Notes under the pieces: model-generated
What the model was told of the DNA's origin: nothing
What the model saw: the letters and a program-made list of their open reading frames with translations, nothing else
Database searches by the model: none
DNA from: Macrostomum hystrix
Lineage: Eukaryota; Animalia; Platyhelminthes
DNA: 64,000 nt
Reading direction: 5' to 3'
Assembly: GCA_950097015.1 (NCBI GenBank)
Contig: CATNEN010000024.1
Location: forward strand, 1,178,001-1,242,000
Translations under genes and position numbers: made by a program
Shown: piece by piece, positions 12,522 through 25,500 of the stretch
Layout: each line of letters begins with the position of its first letter
Numbering within the stretch: position 1 is the stretch's first letter

Positions 12522-13232
12522 TAGTTTACTGCTTTTGTTGTGGATTGTGTACTAGTTTTCTTAGAAATAGTTTTTCATATTTTGTGGAGTTGTTTTCTTG
12601 TTTTACTCGTTTTTTAAACAGATTCTTAGAAACTGTTTCTGTTTCTTTAGACTGTTTAGAAAGTTTTCTTTAAAACGGTTTACTTGATTCTTGGAAAATG
12701 TTTCCTAGTTTTCTTAGAAACGGCTATATAATTTTCATGGAAATAGTTCATCTTGTAGACTTATTTCTTATAAGTTGTTTACGGGCAATAAATTCATTAT
12801 ACTTTATATACTTCAAGTATGTCAAGCGTAGTTGATTTATTATTTGTTTAAATTGTCTGTTATTCAAAAGCTAAATGCATTTAGAGTGCATTTGAAAGTT
12901 ACTGTACTTGTATCATCTTTAAGTCTACGTGTTGCAACAATTTAAACCATGTAAATAAACATATTGATTTTTTATTTTCTAGAAGGATAAAAAATCATTT
13001 TCTTTACTTCTTGTTCTTTGCGATAGCTTCATCTAGTAATTCTCCATATACCTTATCCACCAGAAATGTCCAGTGTGACGAAGAAAATATGACTTTTTTG
13101 TCTTATGATTGAGCTGTTTGCTTAGCCTTAATTTATACTCGTACATATCATTTTTCCAGATTGTGCTGTGCTCGACCAAGTGCTCAGCTCAATTTAATTA
13201 GTGAATAAAAAGGAAAACGGTACTAGAAAACA

Positions 13233-16200
13233 ATGGAGTCTTACAATGTTCTCTTGGAGATTATTCGCGATTTGATACGAAAGTAAGGCTTGTTTCTTGT
13301 TTTCCTGCCTACTGGTTTGGGTTTGGATTTGTGTAAACGTAAACTGAAAAATAGAATACCTCATACTGAAAAAACATCATACTAACCTTTAAATGGAGCC
13401 TTCAATCTACTTTGCTAAGCCAACCTTTCGATTTCGCCGACCAAACTGACCAGTCACCTCAATGTACATTGTCAATCCTTCCTTAAACTCCGCCTAACCG
13501 AACTCGCCAGCCAATTCTCTTACCCCAATGTACATTGTCAATCCTTCCTTAAACTCCGCCTAACCGAACTCGCCAGCCAATTCTCTTACCCCAATGTACA
13601 TTGTCAATCCTTCCTTAAACTCCGCCTAACCGAACTCGCCAGCCAATTCTCTTACCCCAATGTACATTGTTAATCCTTCCTTAAACTCCGCCTAACCGAA
13701 CTCGCCAGCCAATTCTCTTACCCCAATGTACATTGTTAATCCTTCCTTAAACTCCGCCTAACCGAACTCGCCAGCGAATTCTCTTACCCCAATGTACATT
13801 GTCAATCCTTCCTTAAACTCCGCCTAACCGAACTCGCCAGCCAATTCTCTATTACCCCAATGTACATTGTCAATCCTTCCTTAAACTCCGCCTAACCGAA
13901 CTCGCCAGCCAATTCTCTTACCCCAATGTACATTGTCAATCCTTCCTTAAACTCCGCCTAACCGAACTCGCCAGCCAATTCTCTTACCCCAATGTACATT
14001 GTCAATCCTTCCTTAAACTCCGCCTAAACGAACTCGCCAGTCAATTCTCTTACCCCAATGTACATTGTTAATCCTTCCTTAAACTCCGCCTAAACGAACT
14101 CGCCAGTCAATTATCTTACCCCAATGTACATTGTCAAGCCTTCCTTAAACTCCGCCTAACCGAACTGGCCAGCCAATTCTCTTACCCCAATGTACATTGT
14201 CAAGCTACTCTTAATTCCACTTTCAACTAAACCAAATCTGGTCAATACTCTTAGCCAATGTACACTGCCAACCAACCATTTGATTGTACAGTCCCAATCC
14301 GGAGAACAAGAAGCATCTGGAGAGTCGCATTGAAGAGCAATTCTCGCAAAGTTCGCACAAATTGGACAAACTTCTAAATAGTAAGCTGACTTTCTTCATT
14401 AAACAAAGAAGAGAATATAGATGGCTTACATTTTTATGTAAACTAATTTCTATGAATCAATCAATCGATTTCTCAGATAGTAGCGACGACGTGTTTGCCA
14501 TCATCAATTTGTTCGCCGACGCCCGCGATCGTCTAGCTCAGGCGCAGTCGCGCAGCGGCTCTGTGCGTCGCGATCTGACCCGCTGCTGCCAGCTGCTGCA
14601 GTTGAAGCGGGACGAATTGCGCTCGCTCTACACTGGCCACGTGGAGTTGCACAAGTCTGTTAAACTGCTCACTCGCATCCGGCATGTGGGCTCCGCACCC
14701 GCTCGGATACAGGTGTGTCTGCGCTTTTAAGGATTAATAGTCTCATGCTGGGGAGTATTGGTTCTCTTCTGCTGGGGGGGGGCATTGGTTCTCTTCTGCT
14801 GGGGGGGGCATTGGTTCTCTTCTGCTGCGGGAGCATTGGTTCTCTTCTGCTAGGGGGGGCATTGGTTCTCTTCTGCTGCGGGAGCATTGGTTCTCTTCTG
14901 CTAGGGGGGGCATTGGTTCTCTTCTGCTGCGGGAGCATTGGTTCTCTTCTGCTAGGGGGGGCATTGGTTCTCTTCTGCTGCGGGGCATTGGTTCTCTTCT
15001 GCTAGGGGGGCATTGTTTCTTTTCTGCTGCGGGGCATTGGTTCTCTTCTGCTGTGGGGCATTGGTTCTCTTCTGCTGTGGGGCATTGGTTCTCTTCTGCT
15101 GTGGGGCATTGGTTCTCTTCTGCTGTGGGGCATTGGTTCTCTTCTGCTGTGGGGCATTGGTTCTCTTCTGCTGTGGGGCATTGGTTCTCTTCTGCTAGGG
15201 GGGCATTGGTTCTCTTCTGCTAGGGGGGCATTGGTTCTCTTCTGCTGTGGGGCATTGGTTCTCTTCTGCTGCGGGGCATTGGTTCTCTTCTGCTAGGGGG
15301 GCATTGGTTCTCTTCTGCTGCGGGAGCATTGGTTCTCTTCTGCTAGGGGGGCATTGGTTCTCTTCTGCTGCGGGAGCATTGGTTCTCTTCTGCTGGGGGG
15401 GCATTGGCTCTCTGCTGCTGGGGGACATTGGTTTTTTTGTCTGTTAAGATTTTTACCCCGGAGGGCATAATGTTAGGGCCGCCTGGAGTGGAGCGAATTA
15501 GCTTTTGAGGGGCTTAATTGCTGGGATTTTTTCCTAATCCCAGAAGGACTGGGCTAGTACTGTTTAGGCTCTGATCTAAATGACTTTACTCTAGTCAAAT
15601 TGTCATCTCGCTCTACCTGTCAGGCGTGCCTGGCAATAGACGATTACCTGGGCGCGGCCCGTGAGCTGACGGACAGTCAGCGCATCCTGGACCGCAAACT
15701 GGCGGGTGTCAAGGCACTGCTGGCAGCCAAATCTCAGCTGGCCGTACTCAGCAGGACAATCTTTCATAGCCTTCAGGTGAGTGAGTTGTATTGGCTTTTC
15801 AAGAACACTTGAGATAAGACGTGGCTTGAATGGAAATATAGAATAAAAATCCTGCTAGATTCAATGATAACTATTTCACAATAAAGCTAATGATCAGAAA
15901 TTCCATTCAAAATTGATCTCAAATCCAATTTGAAATCGATATTGTGATAAAAATCCCATTCAAAATCGATATTGTGATAAAAATCCCATTCAAAATCGAT
16001 ATTGTGATAAAAAATCCCATTTAAAATCGATAGATTAATAAATACAATCCCATTCAAAATCGATAGATTGATAAAAAATCCCATTCAAAATCGATAGATT
16101 GATAAATAAAATCACATTCAAAATCGATATTGTGATAAAAATCCCATTCAAAATCGATATTGTGATAAAAAATCCCATTTAAAATCGATAGATTAATAAA

Positions 16201-19200
16201 TACGATCCCATTAAAAATCGATAGATTGATAAAAAATCCCATTAAAAATCGATAGAGTGATAAATAAAATCTATCCCGTTAAACTTCTACCAGGCCAATC
16301 TGGCCCACCGCCTCTACGCCCTGGAAGCCGGGTCCGCTCTGGCCGATTTCGAAGGCCTGGCCAGCAAGGATCTGAGCCAGGTGCCAGCGCCTGAGCTAGG
16401 CGAGTCAGTCAACGCCATCCTCTGCCTGCTGGAGGCGGCCTGTGGTCTTGACAAGCTGCCGCAGACTGTGCAGAGCGTGCTGGACAATCTGGCTCCATCT
16501 CTGCGCGACATTGTTATTAGGCATACTGACTCCACTCTGGCCGCTTCGCAGACTTTCAAAATCTTTGTTGCTAGCCTACTGGGACATTTGGAACAGGTTC
16601 GGCTATAACTATATAGATAGTTGACAAAGACTCGATCTTGCACGACAAGCCTACCCAAGCCTTCTCGCCACGGCCGCGCCTTAAAATAAGGTGGCCTTGC
16701 CGCGGATTCAGGCTCAGGAACCAACAATGACTCAATCTGATTCATCTACAAAGACTGAATCTCATTTATCTACAAATACTCAATCTCAATTATCTATAAA
16801 GGTTCAATCTAATTTATCTACAAAGACTCAATCTCATTTATCTACAAAGACTCAATCTCATTTATCTTCAAAGACTCAATCTCATTTATCTAAAGACTCA
16901 AATAGTCTCAAACCGTCCTACGCTCACCAGGTGGCGTTTCGGCACACCGTGCTAGCCAAGCGGCTAAACCTGCTGGTGCTGCGCAGTCCAAGCCTGAATC
17001 AAGCGACCTCTGTAGCCGCATACTCGGAGGAGAATCCCGCCCTAGCGGCCATTGTCAGCCAGCTGAGAGAACTGCTCAGCGACTACTTGGATGTGCGCGG
17101 GGAAAATCTCAGCTACGAATCGGCTGTGGCGGCCGGGCCAGCCCAGGTGGACCTGAGTCAGCTGCTGGGCAAGCGTAAAATGCCCGGCAGACCGGCGCCT
17201 GTCCTGTTTCGCTTCGCCTACAGCTCGCACGCTATTGGGGCGGCGCATACCGCCGCTGCCGCCGCAGCAGCCGCGGCAGCCACAGATCAGACAGACGGCC
17301 CGGCGCAGCAGCAGGCTAAGGACGCCGGCGGTAAGCAGCGTCGGTCTTTAGCTCTGGTCTGCCCGGCTGCGCAGTCAAATATTGTGGAGGCTCATGAACT
17401 GCTGAGAAACTTCTCTGCTAGGATTGATCCAGCCGATACTCAGGTAACTGAAATTCTGCTCAGGTTAGCTGAGCACGCCTCACTATCCAGTCCTGAGGAG
17501 GTTAGCTGAGCACGCCTCACTATCCAGTCCTGAGGTTAGCTGAGCACACCTCACTATCCAGTCCTGAGGTTAGCTGAGCACACTTCACTATCCAGTCCTG
17601 AGGTTAGCTGAGCACACTTCACTATCCAGTCCTGAGGTTAGCTGAGCACACTTCACTATCCAGTCCTGAGGTTAGCTGAGCACACCTCACTATCCAGTCC
17701 TGAGGTTAGCTGAGCACACCTCACTATCCAGTCCTGAGGTTAGCTGAGCACACTTCACAATTTAACTAATCAATCACTAACAGCTACATTCCCACCTCCC
17801 CATCCGCCAGGGTCTCGCAACTTGGCTCGTGAGCTTCGTCCAGTCCGTATTTCTCGTCACCGAGCGGTCCCGAATGATGCCGTTCGCCAGTCAGGATCCG
17901 CTGCGCCTGGTACTGCCGCGAGCTCGAACCCCGCTACTGCAGTCCTGCGTGACCCTACAGGTGGGTCCGGAGAGTTTTTATAACACCGCTAGTCTCTAGG
18001 ACTAGGTTAATAAAGACCGACTGTCTGTAGGACTTGGTTAATAAAGACCGACTGTCTGTAGGACTTGGTTAAGCAGACCTATCTCACCTCCATTCCAGTC
18101 CTGCCTATCCGACCTGGCCAGATACGGACGGGCCATGCCCGGACAAGCTGACGGAGCCTGGCGCATTGGGCACGACCTTCTGCAGCAGTTTGGCCGCTCC
18201 TGTCAATCGGCACTGTCTGCCCTGACACACGACCAGCTGTGCACAGCCGTGTCCAAGGATCTGCTTCAACTGCTGACTGATCCGGCAGCTCTGGCCTCTG
18301 AAACCAGCCTGCGCCAACTGACTGGCCGCCTAATTGACCAGCTGTTCTATCGCAATGAGCAGGGCTCCAGGGTGCCGCGCGATGTAAGGGAACTCAGCGA
18401 CGTCGGCAAAGTGGCCCAATTGGCTACACTTAGCGAGAGTCTGGTTAGTGAATCTGCAGTCTCAAATTGACCCATTGAGACCCGTTGATAACCCACCCAC
18501 CCACCCCACTCCGCAGTCCTGGCTAGTCACCAGCGCCGCGCCGATGTTCGGCGATAGTCCAGTTGAGCGGAAAGTGACGGAACAGCTGGAACACCTGCGG
18601 CAGCTGTCTGTTAAATGCTTCAATGTAATCATGATTGAAGTCTGCCTGAGAGCGTCCAACAGGCTTAAGGATCTGCCCACTCATGTGAGACACTTTTATT
18701 GGGAAAGTATCCCTTGTCTTTTTATTGGGAAATTATTCCTTCTGTTTTTATTGGGAAATGATTCTTTGTGTTTTTATTGGGAAATGATTCCTTGTGTTTT
18801 TATTGGGTAATTATCCCTTCTATTTTTATTGGGAAATGATTCCTTGTGTTTTTATTGGGAAATTATCCCTTCTGTTTTTATTGGGAAATGATTCCTTGTG
18901 TTTTTATTGGGAAATGATTCCTTGTGTTTTTATTGGGAAATGATTCTTTGTGTTTTTATTGGGAAATGATTCCTTGTGTTTTTATTGGGTAATTATCCCT
19001 TCTATTTTTATTGGGAAATGATTCCTTGTGTTTTTATTGGGAAATTATCCCTTCTGTTTTTATTGGGAAATGATTCCTTGTGTTTTTATTGGGAAATTAT
19101 CCCTTCTGTTTTTATTGGGAAATGATCCCTTGTGTTTTTATTGGGAAATGATCCCTTGTGTTTTTATTGGGAAATGATCCCTTGTGTTTTTATTGGGAAA

Positions 19201-19914
19201 TGATCCCTTGTGTTTTTATTGGGAAATGATCCCTTGTGTTTATTTGGGAATTATCCCTAGCGCTTATTGGGTAGTGAGGTGCTGTGTAGTTATTCGTGTA
19301 GTGAAATCCTTTGTTTTCTGTGAATCGGGATCCCATCTGTATGTAATGAGTAATTGGGGGTCTCTCTAGTCAATTGTGTTATGGAAGTCGGTTCCATCCA
19401 TTCACTGGCCTCTACCAACCCGCAGAGCAACTTCTCCGTTGGCGTTGACGACATTGAGCTAGACGACCGAGTCACCGCCTTCTTATCCGACCTGCGCTGC
19501 CTCAAGGACGCCCTGCATCAACGCCTGACGCCCTCCGCCTACGGGCGCGCCTTTCGCCTCCTGCCCGGCGTTGTCTGCGCCCTACTGGCCGCCCTGCTGC
19601 CCTCGTTCAGCCGCATCAACCCGCTGGGCGTGAAAAAGATCGGCCGCAATCTGTTCGAAATGCAGCGAGTGGCTGTTGATCTGGCTGGCTGGGGTGAGGC
19701 TGAGTTCGCCCGGGTTCGCGAACTCTTCGACCTGCTGCTGCTGACACCCGACCAGATTGTGGCCTCGGTGTTGGAGCAGGGGCCGCGCTTCAGCCTGGAG
19801 GAGTACGACTCTGTGCTGCGCGTCTACGCCAGGACTTATTCGTCATGCGACGAGGAGCGGATGCGGAAGGCCAGGGAGCGCCTGCGGCAGGTCATCACCC
19901 AGCGGCACGTGTGA
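13233..19914 (+). CDS. EXOC4: Exocyst complex component 4 (Sec8), 10 exons: 13233-13282, 14292-14380, 14477-14712, 15624-15776, 16294-16596, 16931-17443, 17811-17960, 18099-18443, 18517-18684, 19426-19914
   Basis: All nine GT-AG junctions are phase compatible. LLEIIRDL, LLQLKRDELRSLY, LFRFAYSSHAI, DPLRL...PLLQS, and FSRINPLGVKKIGRNLFEMQ...DQIVASVLEQGPRFSLEEY match the corresponding Sec8 segments. Confidence 0.93.
13459..14205. repeat. 66-bp minisatellite, EXOC4 intron 1
   Basis: aatgtacatt recurs at 13461, 13527 and onward (66-bp period), ~11 copies. Confidence 0.97.
14745..15430. repeat. 24-27-bp minisatellite, EXOC4 intron 3
   Basis: gcattggttctcttctgct followed by variable G-rich linkers (gtggg, gcggga, agggggg). 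Confidence 0.95.
15898..16270. repeat. ~30-bp AT-rich minisatellite, EXOC4 intron 4
   Basis: ataaaaatcccattcaaaatcgatattgtg and variants. Confidence 0.93.
16735..16900. repeat. 24-bp short array, EXOC4 intron 5
   Basis: tctacaaagactcaatctcattta, ~7 copies, preceded by a SINE-B fragment at ~16640-16715. Confidence 0.85.
17459..17758. repeat. 34-bp minisatellite, EXOC4 intron 6
   Basis: gaggttagctgagcacacttcactatccagtcct, ~9 copies. Confidence 0.95.
18695..19255. repeat. ~26-bp minisatellite, EXOC4 intron 9
   Basis: tttttattgggaaatgattccttgtg and variants, ~20 copies. Confidence 0.95.
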
Positions 19915-19939
19915 TCTGGATGGGGACTGACGCTGACTG

Positions 19940-21100
19940 GGATTTGAGGCTGTTAAGTAGGATTTGAGGCTGTTAAGTAGGATTTGAGCATGTTAAGTAG
20001 GATTTGAGGATGTTAAGTAGGATTTGAGCATGTTAAGTAGGATTTGAGGCTGTTAAGTAGGATTTGAGCATGTTAAGTAGGATTTGAGGATGTTAAGTAG
20101 GATTTGAGCATGTTAAGTAGGATTTGAGGATGTTAAGTAGGATTTGAGGATGTTAAGTAGGATTTGAGCATGTTAAGTAGGATTTGAGGATGTTAAGTAG
20201 GATTTGAGGCTGTTAAGTAGGATTTGAGCATGTTAAGTAGGATTTGAGATGTTAAGTAGGATTTGAGGATGTTAAGTAGGATTTGAGGATGTTAAGTAGG
20301 ATTTGAGATGTTAAGTAGGATTTGAGATGTTAGGTAGGATTTGAGGATGTTAAGTAGGATTTGAGATGTTAAGTAGGATTTGAGATGTTAAGTAGGATTT
20401 GAGGATGTTAAGTAGGATTTGAGGATGTTAAGTAGGATTTGAGGCTGTTAAGTAGGATTTGAGCATGTTAAGTAGGATTTGAGATGTTAAGTAGGATTTG
20501 AGGATGTTAAGTAGGATTTGAGGATGTTAAGTAGGATTTGAGATGTTAAGTAGGATTTGAGATGTTAGGTAGGATTTGAGGATGTTAAGTAGGATTTGAG
20601 ATGTTAAGTAGGATTTGAGATGTTAAGTAGGATTTGAGGATGTTAAGTAGGATTTGAGATGTTAAGTAGGATTTGAGGATGTTAAGTAGGATTTGAGGAT
20701 GTTAAGTAGGATTTGAGGCTGTTAAGTAGGATTTAAGGATGTTAAGTAGGATTTAGAGATGTTAAGTAGGATTTGAGATGTTAAGTAGGATTTGAGGATG
20801 TTAAGTAGGATTTGAGGCTGTTAAGTAGGATTTAAGGCTGTTAAGTAGGATTTGAGATGTTAAGTAGGATTTGAGGATGTTAAGTAGGATTTAAGGCTGT
20901 TAAGTAGGATTTGAGGATGTTAAGTAGGATTTGAGATGTTAAGTAGGATTTAAGGCTGTTAAGTAGGATTTGAGATGTTAAGTAGGATTTGAGCATGTTA
21001 AGTAGGATTTGAGATGTTAAGTAGGATTTGAGGATGTTAAGTTGGGTTTGAGGATGTTAAATGGGATTTGAGGAGGTTAAATGGGATTTGAGGATGTCAA
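19940..21100. repeat. 19/20-bp minisatellite immediately 3' of the EXOC4 stop
   Basis: gatttgaggatgttaagtag, more than 50 copies, decaying at the right end. Confidence 0.97.
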
Positions 21101-21669
21101 TTGGGATCTAAGAATGCCAAGTGGAATTCGATTATTTGATATGGGATTTGAGGATGTCAAGTGGACGTAAAGCGGGATTTGGAAATTTGAAGTGAGAGTT
21201 AATGATTAAAAATTTAGATTAAAAAATGTGACAGTTTTATTAGCCACTTGCATGCTTAATTGCTCTAATTTATCCGTTTACCCACCATTATACATTGAAT
21301 TCTTCTTTGAATCTGAAACTGCGCCTACGGCGGGCCAACAATCCGTCTGCATTCCTGATTGTGAGTCAGCCCTTTGATTCTTGTCCTAAATATCGTCTAG
21401 TTATCTGCTTATACAGTCAGTTTTCTACTCAGAGCACTGTCGTTAGATTCATTTTTGCGCGTGGTTTTTTAATTCTGTTTGTACATAATTTGAGTTGCAA
21501 TCTACAAATAAATGCGCTAAAAACGCGTCCTGCCTACTGAAGTTAGTAGCGCAGTGAAGATAGTAGGCTAGAAAATTAGTAATTAAAAACTAAAAAATAT
21601 TTCTTCGATTTGTTCTTATTTACAGTCATTATTTTATTTAAAGTTTATTGGTTAAAATCTGTCACGTGA

Positions 21670-21915
21670 TTTACGTGAGCGGCGGACTCACGACTTGAAG
21701 GTCGGGGGTTCGACTCACGCCTCCACTGGAACAATTTGTGTCCTTTAGCAAGACACTTAACTCTGCGTTGCTTCCTTTCATCCAGCTGTTAAATGGGTAC
21801 CAGCATTAGCTGGGGTATTTGAGAGTGGGGTTGTGGCCTCGTCCCCAGTCCATGGACTGAACAGCCGTACGCAGCCTTCAGATGCGCCGCGCAATAGCTG
21901 CGGCTGTGTGTGCAT
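21670..21915 (+). mobile_element. SINE family A, most complete copy (tRNA head plus CORE-like body)
   Basis: B-box gggttcgactc; tgtgtcctttagcaagacacttaac...ctgttaaatgggtacc resembles the CORE/MIR-type domain; palindrome cagtccatggactg. Confidence 0.75.
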
Positions 21916-22585
21916 CTGGCCCGATTGTAATCGATTATTCTTTTAGAAAATTGCTTAACTTTCTAACAATACCTGAATAATTTTTCGGACTAACCTTTTA
22001 AATATTGCCTCAAATTTTCATTCCTACAGGATAATTAGGATTGCTTAATTGGGAAAAATTTTAATGAATTTTTTATGCATACTTGTGTCTTGGATTAGTT
22101 CTGTTAAATTTAATCGATTTTCTACTAAGCGATACCAAATGTTTTCTTATTATAAAAAACACTTCGTGCTACTGATTCGACCGAAACAGTAGTGCAACGG
22201 AGACGAGTAGTTTAATCTTTATTAATATTTTTTGCGAGTATATACACGTAGTTTTACCTGTTAGTTATTTTGCCAAGGTGTTCCATAATATGCATATTTA
22301 ATGCACAAGTGTACGTGGTGGTAAGAACACTTACCTTGACAGAGACAGAAGAAATGTGCGTGTACAGTTTGTAAAGCGAGCGAGTGAGAAAAAAACTGAG
22401 AGAGAGATCAACTCGAAGATGATGAGGTTACATAAACAACCGGAGACAACTGTACGCAATTCAGAAGTGCACAGATCCGCAAGCATTTAAACGGTACCCT
22501 TTCTGAGCGGTTTGCGCACAATATAGTTAGCAGTAAATCACAGTTCTGCAGGCATTCGTCTAGCACGGGCTTCCAGGAGAGGAAA

Positions 22586-25500
22586 ATGTGGCCCTGCAAT
22601 GGTGTTTTTCTGCCTCTGCTGTTGATTCTGCCTGTTGGAGCCGACTTGCCAACGGCACAGAGACAGCAGTACATTGAGCTGCTGCCTGATTATATCGGAA
22701 CTCACGCCTGCTTGTGCCAGCCAGAGTTGAATAAATTTGACTTTTCCTGCGGCATCAGCAATGCTTCTGTCAGTTCGGGCGAGACTTTGCCCTGTTCGCA
22801 GCTGCCTGACGCTGTGATCAACAATCTGGCACTCGACTGTCGGCGCTGTGCCAACTGTGCCGTGGTTTATCTTGACGCCCTGACTAGGTCTCGGCCGGAG
22901 CAGCTGGACTGTGCTCCGCCGTTAAAGGTCAAGGTGCATGGGTGTCTAGTTGGTGGCCGCAGCGGTAACTCGACAGGTAATTTTGCGCACAGATGCCCCG
23001 GTAACTGAGGGGATTGTGGCTGACTCGCGTCACAATAGGGGGAGTGAAATGGAGAGAATTAGAGTGGATTTAAAGAGAAGAGTGGGTGAGAGAGAAGTAG
23101 AGTAGATGAGAGAGAAGTAGAGTAGACGAGAGAGAAGTAGAGTGAATGAGGTGAATTCAGTGATGGTTTGAATGAGGGACAAAATAATAAAGAATAAAGG
23201 AATTAAAAAAACATAGAAAATATAGTATTTCGCCGTGTTCAAGAATTCAGTTGCAATTAGCCTCATTCGCCATTGTCCCAGTCGATCAGTGGTACACGGC
23301 CGAGCAGATGTCGATCGCTCAGCTGGGGCCGCCAGAGAACGCAGGTGTCGGGGGCTACTTCACTACCATAGACAGTTACGGCAACGATACCGATGCTACT
23401 GCTGGTGACAATGGCTGCCGTCTGCTGGAGCTCAAACTAGAAATGACAGCCGTCTACAGTAGCGACGGCAGCGTCGAGGACTTCAGCGGAGTGCGACGCG
23501 CCTTGTCCCAGTGCCAAAGACTGACTCGAATTCGCATAGTCGATTCGCCCACTGTGGCTGCTGCTGTTGCTGCAGACAACGCAGCCTGGCTGTCATCTCT
23601 GGGCGGAGGTGGTTTAACATCGTAAGCGAATGACTGGCATTGGCGTTCCTGAGCTCGATTCCGCGGTGAGGCCACATTAAATTGGGGCGCAGCCGCGGAG
23701 AGAAGGCTTGGGGGCTTGTCGCGAAATTTACGCCCTTAAGGGGCCAACCTCCAAGGCACAGTGAGAGTGTACAAAGTCAGGGCAGATGTACACACCTGTG
23801 TGAGCGTGTGCCTGCGTACGGTATCTGTGCGCGTACGTGTGTGCTCAGGAGTCAGCGAAATGGGCAGAAATACCTCCTCGCAGGCTGCAGGTCTAGTGAG
23901 AGAGTTCACGTTCAGACTGCACGAATTCACGTTAGATTTTGCCAGTTTATAAATGATAATATATAGGCTTATTTTCTACGCAAAAAATTGACATATTCGA
24001 TGCTAGACCTAGGTGGTAACAGATCTATAGTGGGGAAGCGTAACATTTTTCTAATTTTTTTGGCGACGTTGATAAATTCAGCAGATTTTTAAGCGCAAGA
24101 GAAAGAGGCTGCAATTCTGTGCAATTATGAGCCTTCTACTTGAGTAGTCTTTGGAGTACACCTGCCCTGGCATTCTTATCGTCAGGCGGGGTACACACCC
24201 ACTGTGCCATAGACAAGCAGGACAAGCTTGCTAGCTTTTTCTCGTCGGATTGGAGGTCGGATTTACGTACCGCCACTAAAATATCGTCCTAGATTACAAC
24301 ACATTCCCGCCCTCCGACCACCACCATCCAGTGGCAGCGTGGTGTCGCTGGCGCTGACTGGCAGCAACTTGACCGACGCCGATCTGACTGACTCGGCCAG
24401 CTCGGCGCTGAAGGCCCTCAAAGCCTGCCTGACCGCCGCAGATCCAGCCCTGGCCTGTGTTGGCCCGAACAGTTCGCACGCCTGGTCCGGTGGCCTCACC
24501 AGAGTCGCCTTGGATCGATTGCTTCGCCTCGGCAGGCAGATCAGCAGCGTGAGCAGCCTCTACCGCCTGATGGACAACACATCCTCGGAGCTGCCGGCTG
24601 TCCGGTTCTCCCTGCTGCTCGGGCATCGATGGAAGCGACTGGACGATGAACAGCCGCGCTCGGCCGCGATCTCCAGCTTGGATCTGTCAGGCAATCGGCT
24701 GACTCGCCTGCCAGCCGGTCCTGCGGGTATGCTAGCCGGCTTGAACCAGCTGAACCTGAGCCGCAACAGCATCCGCGGCCTGTTCGATAGCGACATCTGC
24801 GAGATGGCCTTTCCTCACCGCTGCTTTTGGTTCAGAGCCGCTTGGCTGTCGCTTCGAGAATTGGATTTGTCGCGCAACCTGATTGAAGTCATCGGACAGC
24901 TGCAGCCCTGGCATGAGGTTTGCTGGCTAATGGGAACCGATCAATGCTTGTCTTAGAATGCGTGTATCCATCTAAGCCATGATGTATCCGTCCTAGACCA
25001 ATTAGACAGGCATATCCCGGGATATCATGTTCGTACTGCAAGCAAGGGAGGTTGTTGACGAGTGGTTAGCGCTTTGAATTTCTGACTGATTGGTCGAGGT
25101 TGATGGGGTAGAAATTTGGGTCGGGGTCAGTCGGCCTCCACAGTTGATAGACTAAACAGCCGAACACTGCAACGGCCGTGCCTCTGGCTGTAAATTTGAC
25201 CCTAATGACACAACTGAGCTGTCACACCCCAGGTATCCTTGAACAGTCTGCACCTGCAGCACAATCGCATCAGCCAGTTGGACCCGCTGGCTCTGTGTAG
25301 CCAGCAGCTGACGGCCAGCCTGATGCAGCTCAATCTGGACGACAATTTGCTGACCTCCGAGGCGACTCGTTTCAGTTCGCTGACTCAATTGCGAAGCCTC
25401 AGTCTGCAGCGCAACCGCCTCAGTCAGTTTCTGTGCAGCCTCCTGCCCCAGACTGGCCTGTTGAGCATAGTACTGCTCAACGATAACAACATCAGCCAGC

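Noticed and set aside
16691-16930. N-terminal extension of the 16691-17509 ORF as EXOC4 coding sequence
   Set aside because: It consists of a SINE-B fragment and the 24-bp array; Sec8 homology resumes at the acceptor at 16930.
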